DNA of 64,000 nucleotides from Lachnospiraceae bacterium (GTDB lineage: Bacteria; Bacillota; Clostridia; Lachnospirales; Lachnospiraceae): contig CAAFXG010000316.1 of NCBI GenBank assembly GCA_900766925.1, positions 3,735 through 67,734 of the forward strand, in the 5' to 3' direction. Position numbers and translations under genes: made by a program. Within the stretch, counting starts at the first letter, position 1. The number at the start of each line of letters is the position of its first letter. The notes beneath the pieces are model-generated. The model saw only the letters and a list, made by a program, of their open reading frames with translations. It was not told the DNA's origin and made no database searches. Of the stretch, positions 18,832 to 28,038 are shown in pieces.

Positions 18832-20547
18832 ATGAATTATGACATTTCAAAAATTAGTACTGAGCTTGAAATAGCAATTGATACACCTGAAGATTTAAGA
18901 CAGAATTCACTGGATCTTAACGTAGGCTATGACATGCTTTTCAGGGAGTGGGAGCTTATAATAAAATATACAGGAAACCTTGATAAAATTGCAACACAGC
19001 TTGAATTTACATTTACAGAGCTTCTTAATGGTTATGCAATCATAAGAATAAGTGAAGAAAAAATAGAACTCTTAAGTCAGATTCCTGAAATAATCTTTAT
19101 TGAAAAGCCAAAAAGCATTTATACAGCCGATACTTCAATACAGACAGGCAAAATTGTATCCTGCATGGATATTAATGTTGAAGCACTTCTTGGTACATCA
19201 GATGTTGCTTTAAATGGTGACGGCGTTTTAGTTGCTGTAATAGATTCAGGTATTGATTTCTCAAATCCGTATTTTATTAATCCGGATGGTACATCCAAAA
19301 TAGTAAGCTATTGGAATCAGGATGTCCCCGGGAATCCACCGGAGGGGTACAAAATAGGTTCTGTTTATTCGGGTGAAGAGCTTAAATCCATAGATAGAAC
19401 TGATAGTATTTTTTATGATCTGACTGACGTGTCAGGTCATGGAACCGCAGTTGCAGGGATTATTGCAGAATCAGTGCCTATGGCAGGATTGATAATTGTA
19501 AAGCTTGCAGATTCAAATAATTTTGGCTTTCCAAGGACAACATCTTTAATGATGGGGATTGACTACAGTATTCGGGTAGCTTTAAATTTGAATCTGCCGT
19601 TGGTAATTAATATAAGTTTTGGGAATAATTATGGTGATCATGCAGGAAATTCAATATTGGAAAGCTATATAAATGATGTATCAGGTGTCGGAAGAATTAA
19701 TATGGTGACCGGCATGGGTAATGACGGAAACAGTGGAAGACACATAAGAAGATTATTGAAAACAGGACAGAGCACTGATGCAGAATTTATAGTACGCCTG
19801 TATGAAACAGCTATAAATATCCAAATTTGGCGCAGTTATGCAGATGATGTATTAATTTCAATGACAACTCCAAGAAATGAGATTATCGGTCCGTTTAACA
19901 AATATCAGGAAATCATGACCTATAATCTGGCTGATATGACTATAATTGTATTAAATGGTTCACCATCACCAATAAATAAAAATCAGGAAACCTATATCTC
20001 AATAATTCCAAATCAAACTTATATCCAGGAAGGAATATGGAAAATCAGTATACAGGCAAAAAAAATAAATGACGGTTTTATTGATTTATGGCTTCCGGTC
20101 GCAGACAGTACCAGTACTGCCGTAAGTTTTCTTGAATCTGACGCAGACATTTCACTTACAATACCTGCTTCGGCCTCATCCACAATAAGTGTGGGGGCAT
20201 ATGATGCGGTATCTCTTACATATGCTCCATTTTCAGGTAGAGGATTTACAAGAGATAACAGAGTTAAGCCGGAAATATCTGCACCGGGAGTAGGTATTAA
20301 AACTGCTGCCATAGGAGGTGGTGAAACAATAGTATCCGGCACTTCATTTGCAGCACCATTTGTTTCAGCCGGCGCGGCTATGTTAATGCAATGGGGTATA
20401 ACGACGGGAAACGACCCATATTTATACGCAGAAAAGCTCAAAGCCTATCTCATCAGAGGTGCAAGAAAATTACCCGGTTATATGGAATGGCCTAACGAAA
20501 AGCTGGGATACGGTGCACTATGTGTAAAGGACAGTCTGCCCATATAA
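18832..20547 (+). CDS. Subtilisin-like S8 serine protease, germination Csp-like
   Basis: 571 aa with no signal peptide. The prodomain-like N-terminus reads WELIIKYTGNL...LLNGYAIIRI...IIFIEKPK. The catalytic triad is intact: VAVIDSGID, SGHGTAVAG, SGTSFAAPFVSG. Confidence 0.7.
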   Translation: MNYDISKISTELEIAIDTPEDLRQNSLDLNVGYDMLFREWELIIKYTGNLDKIATQLEFTFTELLNGYAIIRISEEKIELLSQIPEIIFIEKPKSIYTADTSIQTGKIVSCMDINVEALLGTSDVALNGDGVLVAVIDSGIDFSNPYFINPDGTSKIVSYWNQDVPGNPPEGYKIGSVYSGEELKSIDRTDSIFYDLTDVSGHGTAVAGIIAESVPMAGLIIVKLADSNNFGFPRTTSLMMGIDYSIRVALNLNLPLVINISFGNNYGDHAGNSILESYINDVSGVGRINMVTGMGNDGNSGRHIRRLLKTGQSTDAEFIVRLYETAINIQIWRSYADDVLISMTTPRNEIIGPFNKYQEIMTYNLADMTIIVLNGSPSPINKNQETYISIIPNQTYIQEGIWKISIQAKKINDGFIDLWLPVADSTSTAVSFLESDADISLTIPASASSTISVGAYDAVSLTYAPFSGRGFTRDNRVKPEISAPGVGIKTAAIGGGETIVSGTSFAAPFVSAGAAMLMQWGITTGNDPYLYAEKLKAYLIRGARKLPGYMEWPNEKLGYGALCVKDSLPI

Positions 20548-20682
20548 CCATTAACCGGATTACTTCTTTTATTGAGGTTAATTCTAAATTATGATATAAT
20601 ATGATGCGCGCGTAGGTCATCAAACTTCGTTTGGTGACATTATATAATCCCAACATTATACGGAAACAGGGTATGATAACTA

Positions 20683-23226
20683 ATGAAAAATCTTGTATTT
20701 GGTATTCTGGCACACGTTGATGCCGGTAAGACAACTTTATCTGAAGCCATGCTTTATCATGCAGGAATTCTAAAAAATCCCGGAAGGGTAGATAATCGCG
20801 ATACAATGCTTGACAGTAATGAAATGGAGCGGGCAAGAGGTATAACTATATTTTCTAAGCAGGCACATTTTGAGGTTGATAACACTCATATAACTTTACT
20901 CGATACACCGGGACACGTGGATTTTTCGGCAGAAATGGAACGTACACTTTCTGTTTTAGATTACGCTATTCTGGTGATAAGTGCAACTGACGGTGTGCAG
21001 GGGCATACCAGGACGCTTTGGAAACTGTTTGATGAATACAAAATTCCTGTTTTTATTTTTGTAAATAAAATGGATCAGCATAATAGTGATAAAGCTGAAA
21101 TATTAACAAAGCTTCAGGCAGAGCTTTCGGAGGGCTGTGTTGATTTATCAGCTTCAGAAGCATACGAGGAAATTGCCGTGGTCTCGGGGGATGAAAAGCT
21201 ACTTGAATACTATCTGTCCAATGGAACTATTTCAAAAGATGTTATAATTAATCTTATTGGTCAGCGTAAAATATTTCCGTGCTATTTTGGTTCAGCATTA
21301 AAATTATATGGTGTCAGTGATCTTCTTGACGGTATAGATATCTATACAAAGGAACCTTCATATGGGGAGAAATTCGGTGCAAGAGTTTATAAAATTACCC
21401 GTGACCCACAGGGAAACAGATTGACACATATGAAGATAACAGGCGGTAAATTAACAATAAAATGTCCGGTAACTGCCGATGAAAAGGTAAACCAGATTCG
21501 CATATATAATGGCGACAAATACGATAACATAAACGAGATAGGACCCGGACATGTTTGTGCAGTTACAGGTTTAAACAGCACCAGGGCAGGAGATGGCTTA
21601 GGCTTTGAATCAGACAATGACATTCAGCTTATTGAACCTGTACTAACATACAAATTATCCCTGCCTGACAATATGTCATCCAGAAAAATATATCCTGAGA
21701 TGAAATGTCTTGAAGAAGAATTGCCGGAGCTTTGTGTAAACTGGAACGAAGAAGCAGAAGAAATAACAGTTAAACTTATGGGACTTGTTCAGATAGAAAT
21801 ATTAACATCCCTTATTAATAAAAGATTTGGCTTTGAACCCATATTTGGAACAGGAACAATTACATACAAGGAAACCATTTCCAATACAGTAATAGGAGTG
21901 GGACATTTTGAACCCTTACGGCATTACGCAGAGGTACATCTTTTGATGGAACCTGCAGAGCCGGGGACCGGAATAATACTTGATACCAATTGTAGCGAGG
22001 ATGTACTTGAACGTAACTGGCAACGATTAATTCTGACACATCTTAAGGAAAAAAAACATCTGGGAGTACTCACCGGTTCAGCGCTGACTGATGTAAAAAT
22101 TACTGTTATTAACGGCAGGGCACATCAAAAGCATACAGAAGGCGGAGACTTTCGGCAGGCAACCTACAGGGCAGTCCGCCAGGGACTTATGCAGGCTGAA
22201 GCTGTATTGCTTGAACCATACTATAATTTCAGAATAGAAATACCTTCGGATATGGTTGGGCGTGTCATGACCGATATTGAGACTATGCACGCAACAATTA
22301 ATCCGCCTGATATTACCGGTGACTACGCTGTTATCAAGGGTTATGGTCCTGTTGCTACAATGAGAGATTATCAGATTAATCTGAATGCATATACAAGGGG
22401 CTGTGGAAATATTTTTGTAAGCTTCAGAGGCTATGATATATGTCATAATCAGGATGAAGTGGTATCACAAATAAACTACAATCCTGATAATGACCTTAAA
22501 AATCCTTCTTCCTCTGTTTTTTGTGCACATGGTTCAGGCTTTATTGTTCCATGGTATGAGGTTCCTGAATATATGCATGTGTCTGATGAGACGGAAACAG
22601 ATATATTCTCTGTAAATCCAGACCTATACAAACCGAAGGCCGGCTTTGACTATTCAATCGACCTTGAGGAAATAGATGCTATTTTTTCAAGAACCTTTAA
22701 TGCAAACATCAAATCAGATAAGCATGATTTTAAGAAAAAGAAAACTAATTTACAATATTATACAAAAACCAATACCGGAAAAATAAATCCATCCCGTGAA
22801 AAAATGCTTATTGTTGACGGATATAATGTTATTTTTGCATGGGAAGAATTAAAGTCCCTTGCAGGTATTAATATTGATTCCGCCAAAGACAGGCTTATTC
22901 ATATATTATCTAATTATTACGGAATAACAGGAGAAAAACTTCTTTTAGTTTTTGACGGATACAAGCTAAAGGGCAATTACGGAAGTAACGTTGCCGTGGA
23001 TGACATAGAAATTGTTCATACAAAGGAGGGTGAGACTGCAGACCAATATATTGAGAAATATACCTATACCAATGCGGACAAATATGATATAACAGTTGCA
23101 ACCTCGGATGGTCTGATACAGACAATCTGCCGTTCCAAGGGCTGTCGCATACTTTCATCAAGAGAACTTTTGGATATAATTGAGGTAACGTCGCAAAAAT
23201 TACGTGATGAATATCACATTGACTAA
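20683..23226 (+). CDS. Tet(M)/EF-G-like translational GTPase fused to a C-terminal YacP/Rae1-type NYN ribonuclease domain
   Basis: G1 AHVDAGKT, G2 RGITI, G3 DTPGH, G4 NKMD, plus EF-G-like domains II-V. From about aa 708 (nt 22804), MLIVDGYNVIFAW...LLLVFDGY...EGETADQYIE...ITVATSDGLIQ...LSSRELL aligns with B. subtilis YacP (Rae1). Confidence 0.85.
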   Translation: MKNLVFGILAHVDAGKTTLSEAMLYHAGILKNPGRVDNRDTMLDSNEMERARGITIFSKQAHFEVDNTHITLLDTPGHVDFSAEMERTLSVLDYAILVISATDGVQGHTRTLWKLFDEYKIPVFIFVNKMDQHNSDKAEILTKLQAELSEGCVDLSASEAYEEIAVVSGDEKLLEYYLSNGTISKDVIINLIGQRKIFPCYFGSALKLYGVSDLLDGIDIYTKEPSYGEKFGARVYKITRDPQGNRLTHMKITGGKLTIKCPVTADEKVNQIRIYNGDKYDNINEIGPGHVCAVTGLNSTRAGDGLGFESDNDIQLIEPVLTYKLSLPDNMSSRKIYPEMKCLEEELPELCVNWNEEAEEITVKLMGLVQIEILTSLINKRFGFEPIFGTGTITYKETISNTVIGVGHFEPLRHYAEVHLLMEPAEPGTGIILDTNCSEDVLERNWQRLILTHLKEKKHLGVLTGSALTDVKITVINGRAHQKHTEGGDFRQATYRAVRQGLMQAEAVLLEPYYNFRIEIPSDMVGRVMTDIETMHATINPPDITGDYAVIKGYGPVATMRDYQINLNAYTRGCGNIFVSFRGYDICHNQDEVVSQINYNPDNDLKNPSSSVFCAHGSGFIVPWYEVPEYMHVSDETETDIFSVNPDLYKPKAGFDYSIDLEEIDAIFSRTFNANIKSDKHDFKKKKTNLQYYTKTNTGKINPSREKMLIVDGYNVIFAWEELKSLAGINIDSAKDRLIHILSNYYGITGEKLLLVFDGYKLKGNYGSNVAVDDIEIVHTKEGETADQYIEKYTYTNADKYDITVATSDGLIQTICRSKGCRILSSRELLDIIEVTSQKLRDEYHID

Positions 23227-23348
23227 ATATATCAGGCTATTAAGGCTATTGATATTTTTTATCAGATAAATTTGAGAATAATATTTTATTATTTGGGAAT
23301 TTTATATTATAGTTAAGTTGCAGTACATAATATCAAGGAGGAACGCTT

Positions 23349-23657
23349 ATGTCAGTGCTAAATATTACAACTAACAACTTTGAACAGGAGGTGCTTAATT
23401 CAGATATACCTGTATTGGTCGATTTCTGGGCAGCATGGTGTGGTCCCTGCAAGATGCTTGCACCGATTGTTGAAGCGGTAGCGGAAGCAAGAAATGATGT
23501 AAAGATTTGTAAGGTAAATGTTGATGAAGAACCGGATCTTGCAATCAAATACAAAGTAATGAACATTCCAACGTTAGCTAAATTTGTTAATGGACAGCTT
23601 GTTGATAAATCCGTAGGAGTAATTTCAAAGTCAGAATTAAACGAGTTTTTGGGATGA
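23349..23657 (+). CDS. trxA: Thioredoxin
   Basis: 102 aa with active site WAAWCGPCK and RBS AAGGAGG. Confidence 0.92.
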   Translation: MSVLNITTNNFEQEVLNSDIPVLVDFWAAWCGPCKMLAPIVEAVAEARNDVKICKVNVDEEPDLAIKYKVMNIPTLAKFVNGQLVDKSVGVISKSELNEFLG

Positions 23658-23691
23658 ATTTTGATAATAAAAACATTTTTCAGGAGGAAGT

Positions 23692-24597
23692 ATGACAGAT
23701 ATATGCATTATAGGCGGTGGAACAGCGGGTTTAACCGCAGCAATATATGGATTACGTGCCGGAAAAAGCGTTAAGCTCATAGAGGAACTTACTTATGGTG
23801 GTCAGATTATCAATTCTAATTCAATAGAAAATTATCCCGGATTTAAAAATATCTCAGGATATGAATTTTCGACAGCTTTATATGAACAGGCATTGGAGCA
23901 GGGGCTTGATTTCATAGCCGATACGTGTATAGAATTAGTTAAAGCTGAAGATAAATTTACAATAAGCTGTAAAGAGAACACCATAGAAGCAAAGACAGTA
24001 ATTATTGCAACGGGCGTAAAGAGACGTAAGCTTAACGTTCCCGGTGAGGAACGATTAGCCGGCAATGGTGTTTCGTATTGTGCAACATGTGACGGTGCTT
24101 TTTTTAAGGGACGTGACGTTGCTATATGCGGTGGTGGAAATACAGCCTTGGATGAAGCAATCTTTCTTTCAAATTATTGCAGTAAGGTAATATTAATTCA
24201 CAGAAGAGAGGAATTCAGAGGCTCATCAAATAAACTTTCATTGTTAGAAGCACGTAATAATGTTGAAATAATTAAAAATTCAACTATTTTGTGTGTTAAT
24301 GGTACCGAAGAGGTTTCATCAATAACTTATCGCGATAATATAACAGGAAAATCAGTTGAAAAGCCGGTTAGTGGAGTCTTTGTTGCAATAGGACAGGCAC
24401 CTGATAATTCATTTGCCGCTAAAATTGTCAATCTTGATGAATCAGGTTATGTTATTGCCAATGAAGATTGCAAGACAAACGTTTTCGGTCTTTTTACCGC
24501 AGGTGATTGTAGAACAAAAGAAATAAGACAGCTTACTACAGCTACCGCAGATGGTACGGTTGCCGCTTTACAGGCCTGTAAATATATTGATATGTAA
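23692..24597 (+). CDS. trxB: Thioredoxin-disulfide reductase
   Basis: FAD motif IIGGGTAG, redox CATCDG, NADPH motif GGGNTA. Lies directly downstream of trxA. Confidence 0.9.
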   Translation: MTDICIIGGGTAGLTAAIYGLRAGKSVKLIEELTYGGQIINSNSIENYPGFKNISGYEFSTALYEQALEQGLDFIADTCIELVKAEDKFTISCKENTIEAKTVIIATGVKRRKLNVPGEERLAGNGVSYCATCDGAFFKGRDVAICGGGNTALDEAIFLSNYCSKVILIHRREEFRGSSNKLSLLEARNNVEIIKNSTILCVNGTEEVSSITYRDNITGKSVEKPVSGVFVAIGQAPDNSFAAKIVNLDESGYVIANEDCKTNVFGLFTAGDCRTKEIRQLTTATADGTVAALQACKYIDM

Positions 24598-24732
24598 TAT
24601 GTCATAAAAGTTAATTTATATAAGAAAGTATATGATTATGTAACCCTAAATCATATATTTCCTTGTTAAATTAACTTTTTTTGGTAAAATATTTCCATAA
24701 TGTTTATAAAATAAACCAGGGGGACTGAAATT

Positions 24733-26433
24733 ATGGAACACAAAAAGATTAAACTAATAAACTCAGTTAAAACAAGAGTAATTACTGCAATGTTTTTAAT
24801 GGCATTATTAACGGGAATAGCCTTACTGGTTATGATTATTCCTAGCTTTAAGAAAACCTTAAATAATGACACCAAAAGCTATATGACCGATATGGCAAAG
24901 GCTTACGGAATCATGTTAGATGAAGAAAAAAACCTTGTTGGCCTTTCAGAGACATTATCTCCGGACAATCTGTCAGAAGCAGTTGGCGGAGTGAAGGTTA
25001 ATGGTTTGAAATCAAGTTACATATATGTTGTAAGTGCAAACGGAACCATGCTTTATCATCCTACGGCAGATAAAATCGGTAAATCTGTTGAAAATGCTGC
25101 AGTACTTGCAACTGTAGATAAAATTTCAAAAGGGCAGAAGGTAGAAAATGAGGTTATCGAATATGATTTCAAGGGTGTTACGAAGTATGCCGGAATATAT
25201 GTCAATGATGCTCAGGATTTTATTGTAGTTGTAACGGCCGATGAAAAAGAGGTTATGGCTCCGCTTAACTTAGTAATTAATAAGACAGTTATCAGCCTGA
25301 TTATTGTCCTTGGACTGATAATTGTAATTGGCTCATTTATTGCTTACAGACTAATTAAACCAATTAACGAAATTGCCATGGTAGCTTCTGACTTGGCAGA
25401 TATGAATTTTGCGGAACATCCAAAGCTTAACCTACTCGGAAAGCATAAGGATGAGGTAGGACATATGGCCCGTTCGCTTGAATATCTCAGGAGTGAGCTT
25501 GTTGAGGCCTTCATATCCATAAAAGCTAAGAGTGATGAGGTTATGAATGCTTCCACATCACTTACCTCTGATGCAGCTGAAACTACAATAACAATGGAGC
25601 AGGTTGAAAATGCCGTAAATGATATTGCCGAAGGCGCAAACTCACAAGCTGCGGAAACTCAGAAAGCAACTGATAATGTAATTATTATGGGAAATATGGT
25701 TAAGGATACCAATGAGGAGGTTAATAATCTTCTTACATTTGCCCGGGAAATACAACTTTCAGTTAACGAAGCCAAGGAGGTTCTGCGTAATCTGGAAGCA
25801 GTTAATAACAATGCAAAGGAATATATTGATATTATTGCAAATCAGACCAATACTACAAATGAATCAGCACTTAAGATAAGTGAGGCTACCAGACTTATTA
25901 CAGCTATTGCCGAAGAAACCAACCTGCTTTCCCTCAATGCATCCATTGAAGCTGCAAGAGCCGGTGAACACGGAAGAGGCTTTGCGGTTGTGGCTGCTGA
26001 AATTCAGACGCTTGCAGAACAATCCAATGAATCTGCAAAGCAGATAGAAATAATTATTCAACAGTTACTTTCAGATTCTGAAAAGGCCGTTGAAACAATG
26101 TCAGATGTCAAGGATATTATTAATATTCAAAGTGAGCATGTAGCTCAGACTGACACTGCCTTTAACAGAATTTCTGACGGAATTACCGAATCAATCAAAG
26201 GAATTAATACAATTTCTGACAAAACCTCAAGTCTTGATTCTGCCAGAATAAATGTGGTTGACATTGTTCAGAATCTTACTGCAATTGCAGAGCAGAATGC
26301 TGCAGATACAGAGGAAACATCAGCGTCAACAACAGAGGTAACAGCAATTGTAGAAGGTATTTCCGATAAGTCCGAATCACTTCGTAAGGTTGCAGGAGCT
26401 CTTGACGAGGGTATATCAATTTTCAGATACTAA
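24733..26433 (+). CDS. Methyl-accepting chemotaxis protein (Cache-like sensor, HAMP, MA domain)
   Basis: Two TM helices flank a roughly 150-aa sensor domain. The conserved signalling hairpin reads [38 protein letters not shown]. Confidence 0.9.
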   Translation: MEHKKIKLINSVKTRVITAMFLMALLTGIALLVMIIPSFKKTLNNDTKSYMTDMAKAYGIMLDEEKNLVGLSETLSPDNLSEAVGGVKVNGLKSSYIYVVSANGTMLYHPTADKIGKSVENAAVLATVDKISKGQKVENEVIEYDFKGVTKYAGIYVNDAQDFIVVVTADEKEVMAPLNLVINKTVISLIIVLGLIIVIGSFIAYRLIKPINEIAMVASDLADMNFAEHPKLNLLGKHKDEVGHMARSLEYLRSELVEAFISIKAKSDEVMNASTSLTSDAAETTITMEQVENAVNDIAEGANSQAAETQKATDNVIIMGNMVKDTNEEVNNLLTFAREIQLSVNEAKEVLRNLEAVNNNAKEYIDIIANQTNTTNESALKISEATRLITAIAEETNLLSLNASIEAARAGEHGRGFAVVAAEIQTLAEQSNESAKQIEIIIQQLLSDSEKAVETMSDVKDIINIQSEHVAQTDTAFNRISDGITESIKGINTISDKTSSLDSARINVVDIVQNLTAIAEQNAADTEETSASTTEVTAIVEGISDKSESLRKVAGALDEGISIFRY

Positions 26434-26456
26434 GCATACAATTTAATATTATAAAC

Positions 26457-26648
26457 ATATAAAAAAAGCGTGATTCTGTCGGCACCGGCTGTATATATAG
26501 CTAATAAAAAGACCGTTTGGCAACGTCAGCACTTAACGAGCGTGTTTTTAGACGAGTTTAGTACTGTTACGTTGACAACCGAGCGGGAGTAAGTCTTATT
26601 ATTAGCTATATATACAGCCGGTACCGACAGAATCACGTTTTTTTATAT
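26457..26648. repeat. Giant hairpin element copy 1: about 53-bp stem with A-tract/T-tract flanks and a 79-nt apical core
   Basis: I paired it base by base. Positions 26461-26513 pair with 26593-26644 with only an A.A (26508/26598) and a C.A (26483/26623) mismatch. The core 26514-26592 is homologous (as reverse complement) to the core of copy 2. Confidence 0.8.
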
Positions 26649-26715
26649 TCATACATTGTTTTTTGGTATATTTTGTGATATTTTATAGAAGAGTATGTTT
26701 ATTTGGAGGTTTGTA

Positions 26716-28020
26716 ATGAGAGAATATTCTACACAAATGGAAGCGGCAAGAAAAGGAATTATTACACCCGAATTAAAAAAGGTTGCAGATAAAGAAAAAA
26801 TGTCTGTAGATGAATTATTGCCATTAGTTGCAAGTGGTAAAGTTGTTATTTGTGCTAACAAAAATCATAAATGTCTTGAACCACAGGGTGTGGGCTCAAT
26901 GCTTACAACCAAAATTAATGTAAATCTTGGTGTTTCGAAGGATTGCAAGGATTATGATATAGAAATGAAAAAGGTTATGGAAGCAGTCGATATGGGTGCA
27001 CATGCAATAATGGATTTGTCATCACATGGTAATACTATTCCGTTTAGAAGAAAACTCACCTCGGAATGTCCTGTTATGATAGGAACCGTGCCTGTATATG
27101 ATTCTGTTATACACTATCAGAGGGATCTTGCAACCCTCACTGCAAAGGATTTTATAGATGTTGTGCGTCTTCACGCCGAAGATGGTGTTGATTTTGTTAC
27201 ACTTCACTGCGGAATTACCCGTAAGACTATAGAACAAATTAAAAATCACAAGCGTAAGATGAATATAGTATCAAGAGGCGGTTCTCTCGTCTTTGCATGG
27301 ATGACGATGACCGGTAACGAAAATCCATTTTATGAATATTATGACGAGATATTAGATATATGCAGAGAATATGATGTTACAATTTCACTTGGAGATGCGT
27401 GCCGCCCGGGTTGTCTTGCTGACGCATCGGATGTATGCCAGATTGAAGAGCTGGTTCGGCTTGGAGAGCTTACCAAACGTGCATGGGAAAAGGATGTACA
27501 GGTTATGGTTGAAGGTCCCGGACATATGCCTATGGATCAGATTGCAGCCAATATGAAGCTTCAACAGACAATTTGTATGGGAGCACCATTTTATGTACTC
27601 GGACCGCTTGTAACAGATATTGCACCGGGATATGACCATATTACATCAGCTATCGGAGGTGCAATTGCTGCAGCTTCAGGTGCAGCGTTTCTGTGCTATG
27701 TTACACCTGCTGAGCATTTGGCACTTCCTAATGTTGAAGATGTAAAGCAGGGTATAATCGCATCTAAGATTGCAGCCCACGCGGCTGACATTGCCAAGGG
27801 AATAAGAGGTGCAAGAGATATAGACGACAGGATGGCTGACGCAAGACGGGCTCTTGACTGGGAAACACAGTGGGAGTGTGCCATAGATCCTGATACTGCC
27901 AGGGCAATCCGTGATGACAGAAGTCCTGAGCATGATGATACATGCTCAATGTGCGGTAAATTCTGTGCCGTAAGGAGTATGAATAAGGCGTTAGCAGGTG
28001 AATACATAGATATTTTATAA
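26716..28020 (+). CDS. thiC: Phosphomethylpyrimidine synthase ThiC
   Basis: The sequence is colinear with ThiC, for example [12 protein letters not shown] and the C-terminal Fe-S motif [11 protein letters not shown] prefer ATG 26716 (RBS GGAGG) over 26695. Confidence 0.9.
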   Translation: MREYSTQMEAARKGIITPELKKVADKEKMSVDELLPLVASGKVVICANKNHKCLEPQGVGSMLTTKINVNLGVSKDCKDYDIEMKKVMEAVDMGAHAIMDLSSHGNTIPFRRKLTSECPVMIGTVPVYDSVIHYQRDLATLTAKDFIDVVRLHAEDGVDFVTLHCGITRKTIEQIKNHKRKMNIVSRGGSLVFAWMTMTGNENPFYEYYDEILDICREYDVTISLGDACRPGCLADASDVCQIEELVRLGELTKRAWEKDVQVMVEGPGHMPMDQIAANMKLQQTICMGAPFYVLGPLVTDIAPGYDHITSAIGGAIAAASGAAFLCYVTPAEHLALPNVEDVKQGIIASKIAAHAADIAKGIRGARDIDDRMADARRALDWETQWECAIDPDTARAIRDDRSPEHDDTCSMCGKFCAVRSMNKALAGEYIDIL

Positions 28021-28038
28021 TAGGGGGGAAAAAGCAAA

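Noticed and set aside
20590-20640. A leader mini-ORF (ATGATGCGCGCGTAG) plus 10-bp hairpin (20616-20638) upstream of the GTPase-NYN gene, as a tet(M)-style attenuator
   Set aside because: The mini-ORF has no RBS. The hairpin has a 3-nt loop and no following T-tract, and I could not draw an alternative antiterminator pairing.
20683-22600. Calling the GTPase a tetracycline-resistance ribosomal protection gene (tet(M)/tet(O)/tet(W)-like)
   Set aside because: By eye, only the G-domain motifs and overall colinearity are shared. There is no mobile-element context. The C-terminal NYN fusion is not a feature of known Tet ribosomal protection proteins. A resistance phenotype cannot be inferred from this sequence alone.
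26457-26648. The giant hairpins as retron msr/msd, a CRISPR-related repeat, a TPP riboswitch or an invertible promoter (inverton)
   Set aside because: There is no reverse transcriptase, cas gene or invertase nearby. There are only two copies, 14 kb apart, with no spacer architecture. No THI-box motifs are present. An 80-bp segment between inverted repeats longer than 50 bp is too short for a typical site-specific inversion switch, and the only candidate promoter in the core has a 19-nt spacer and is not conserved in copy 2.
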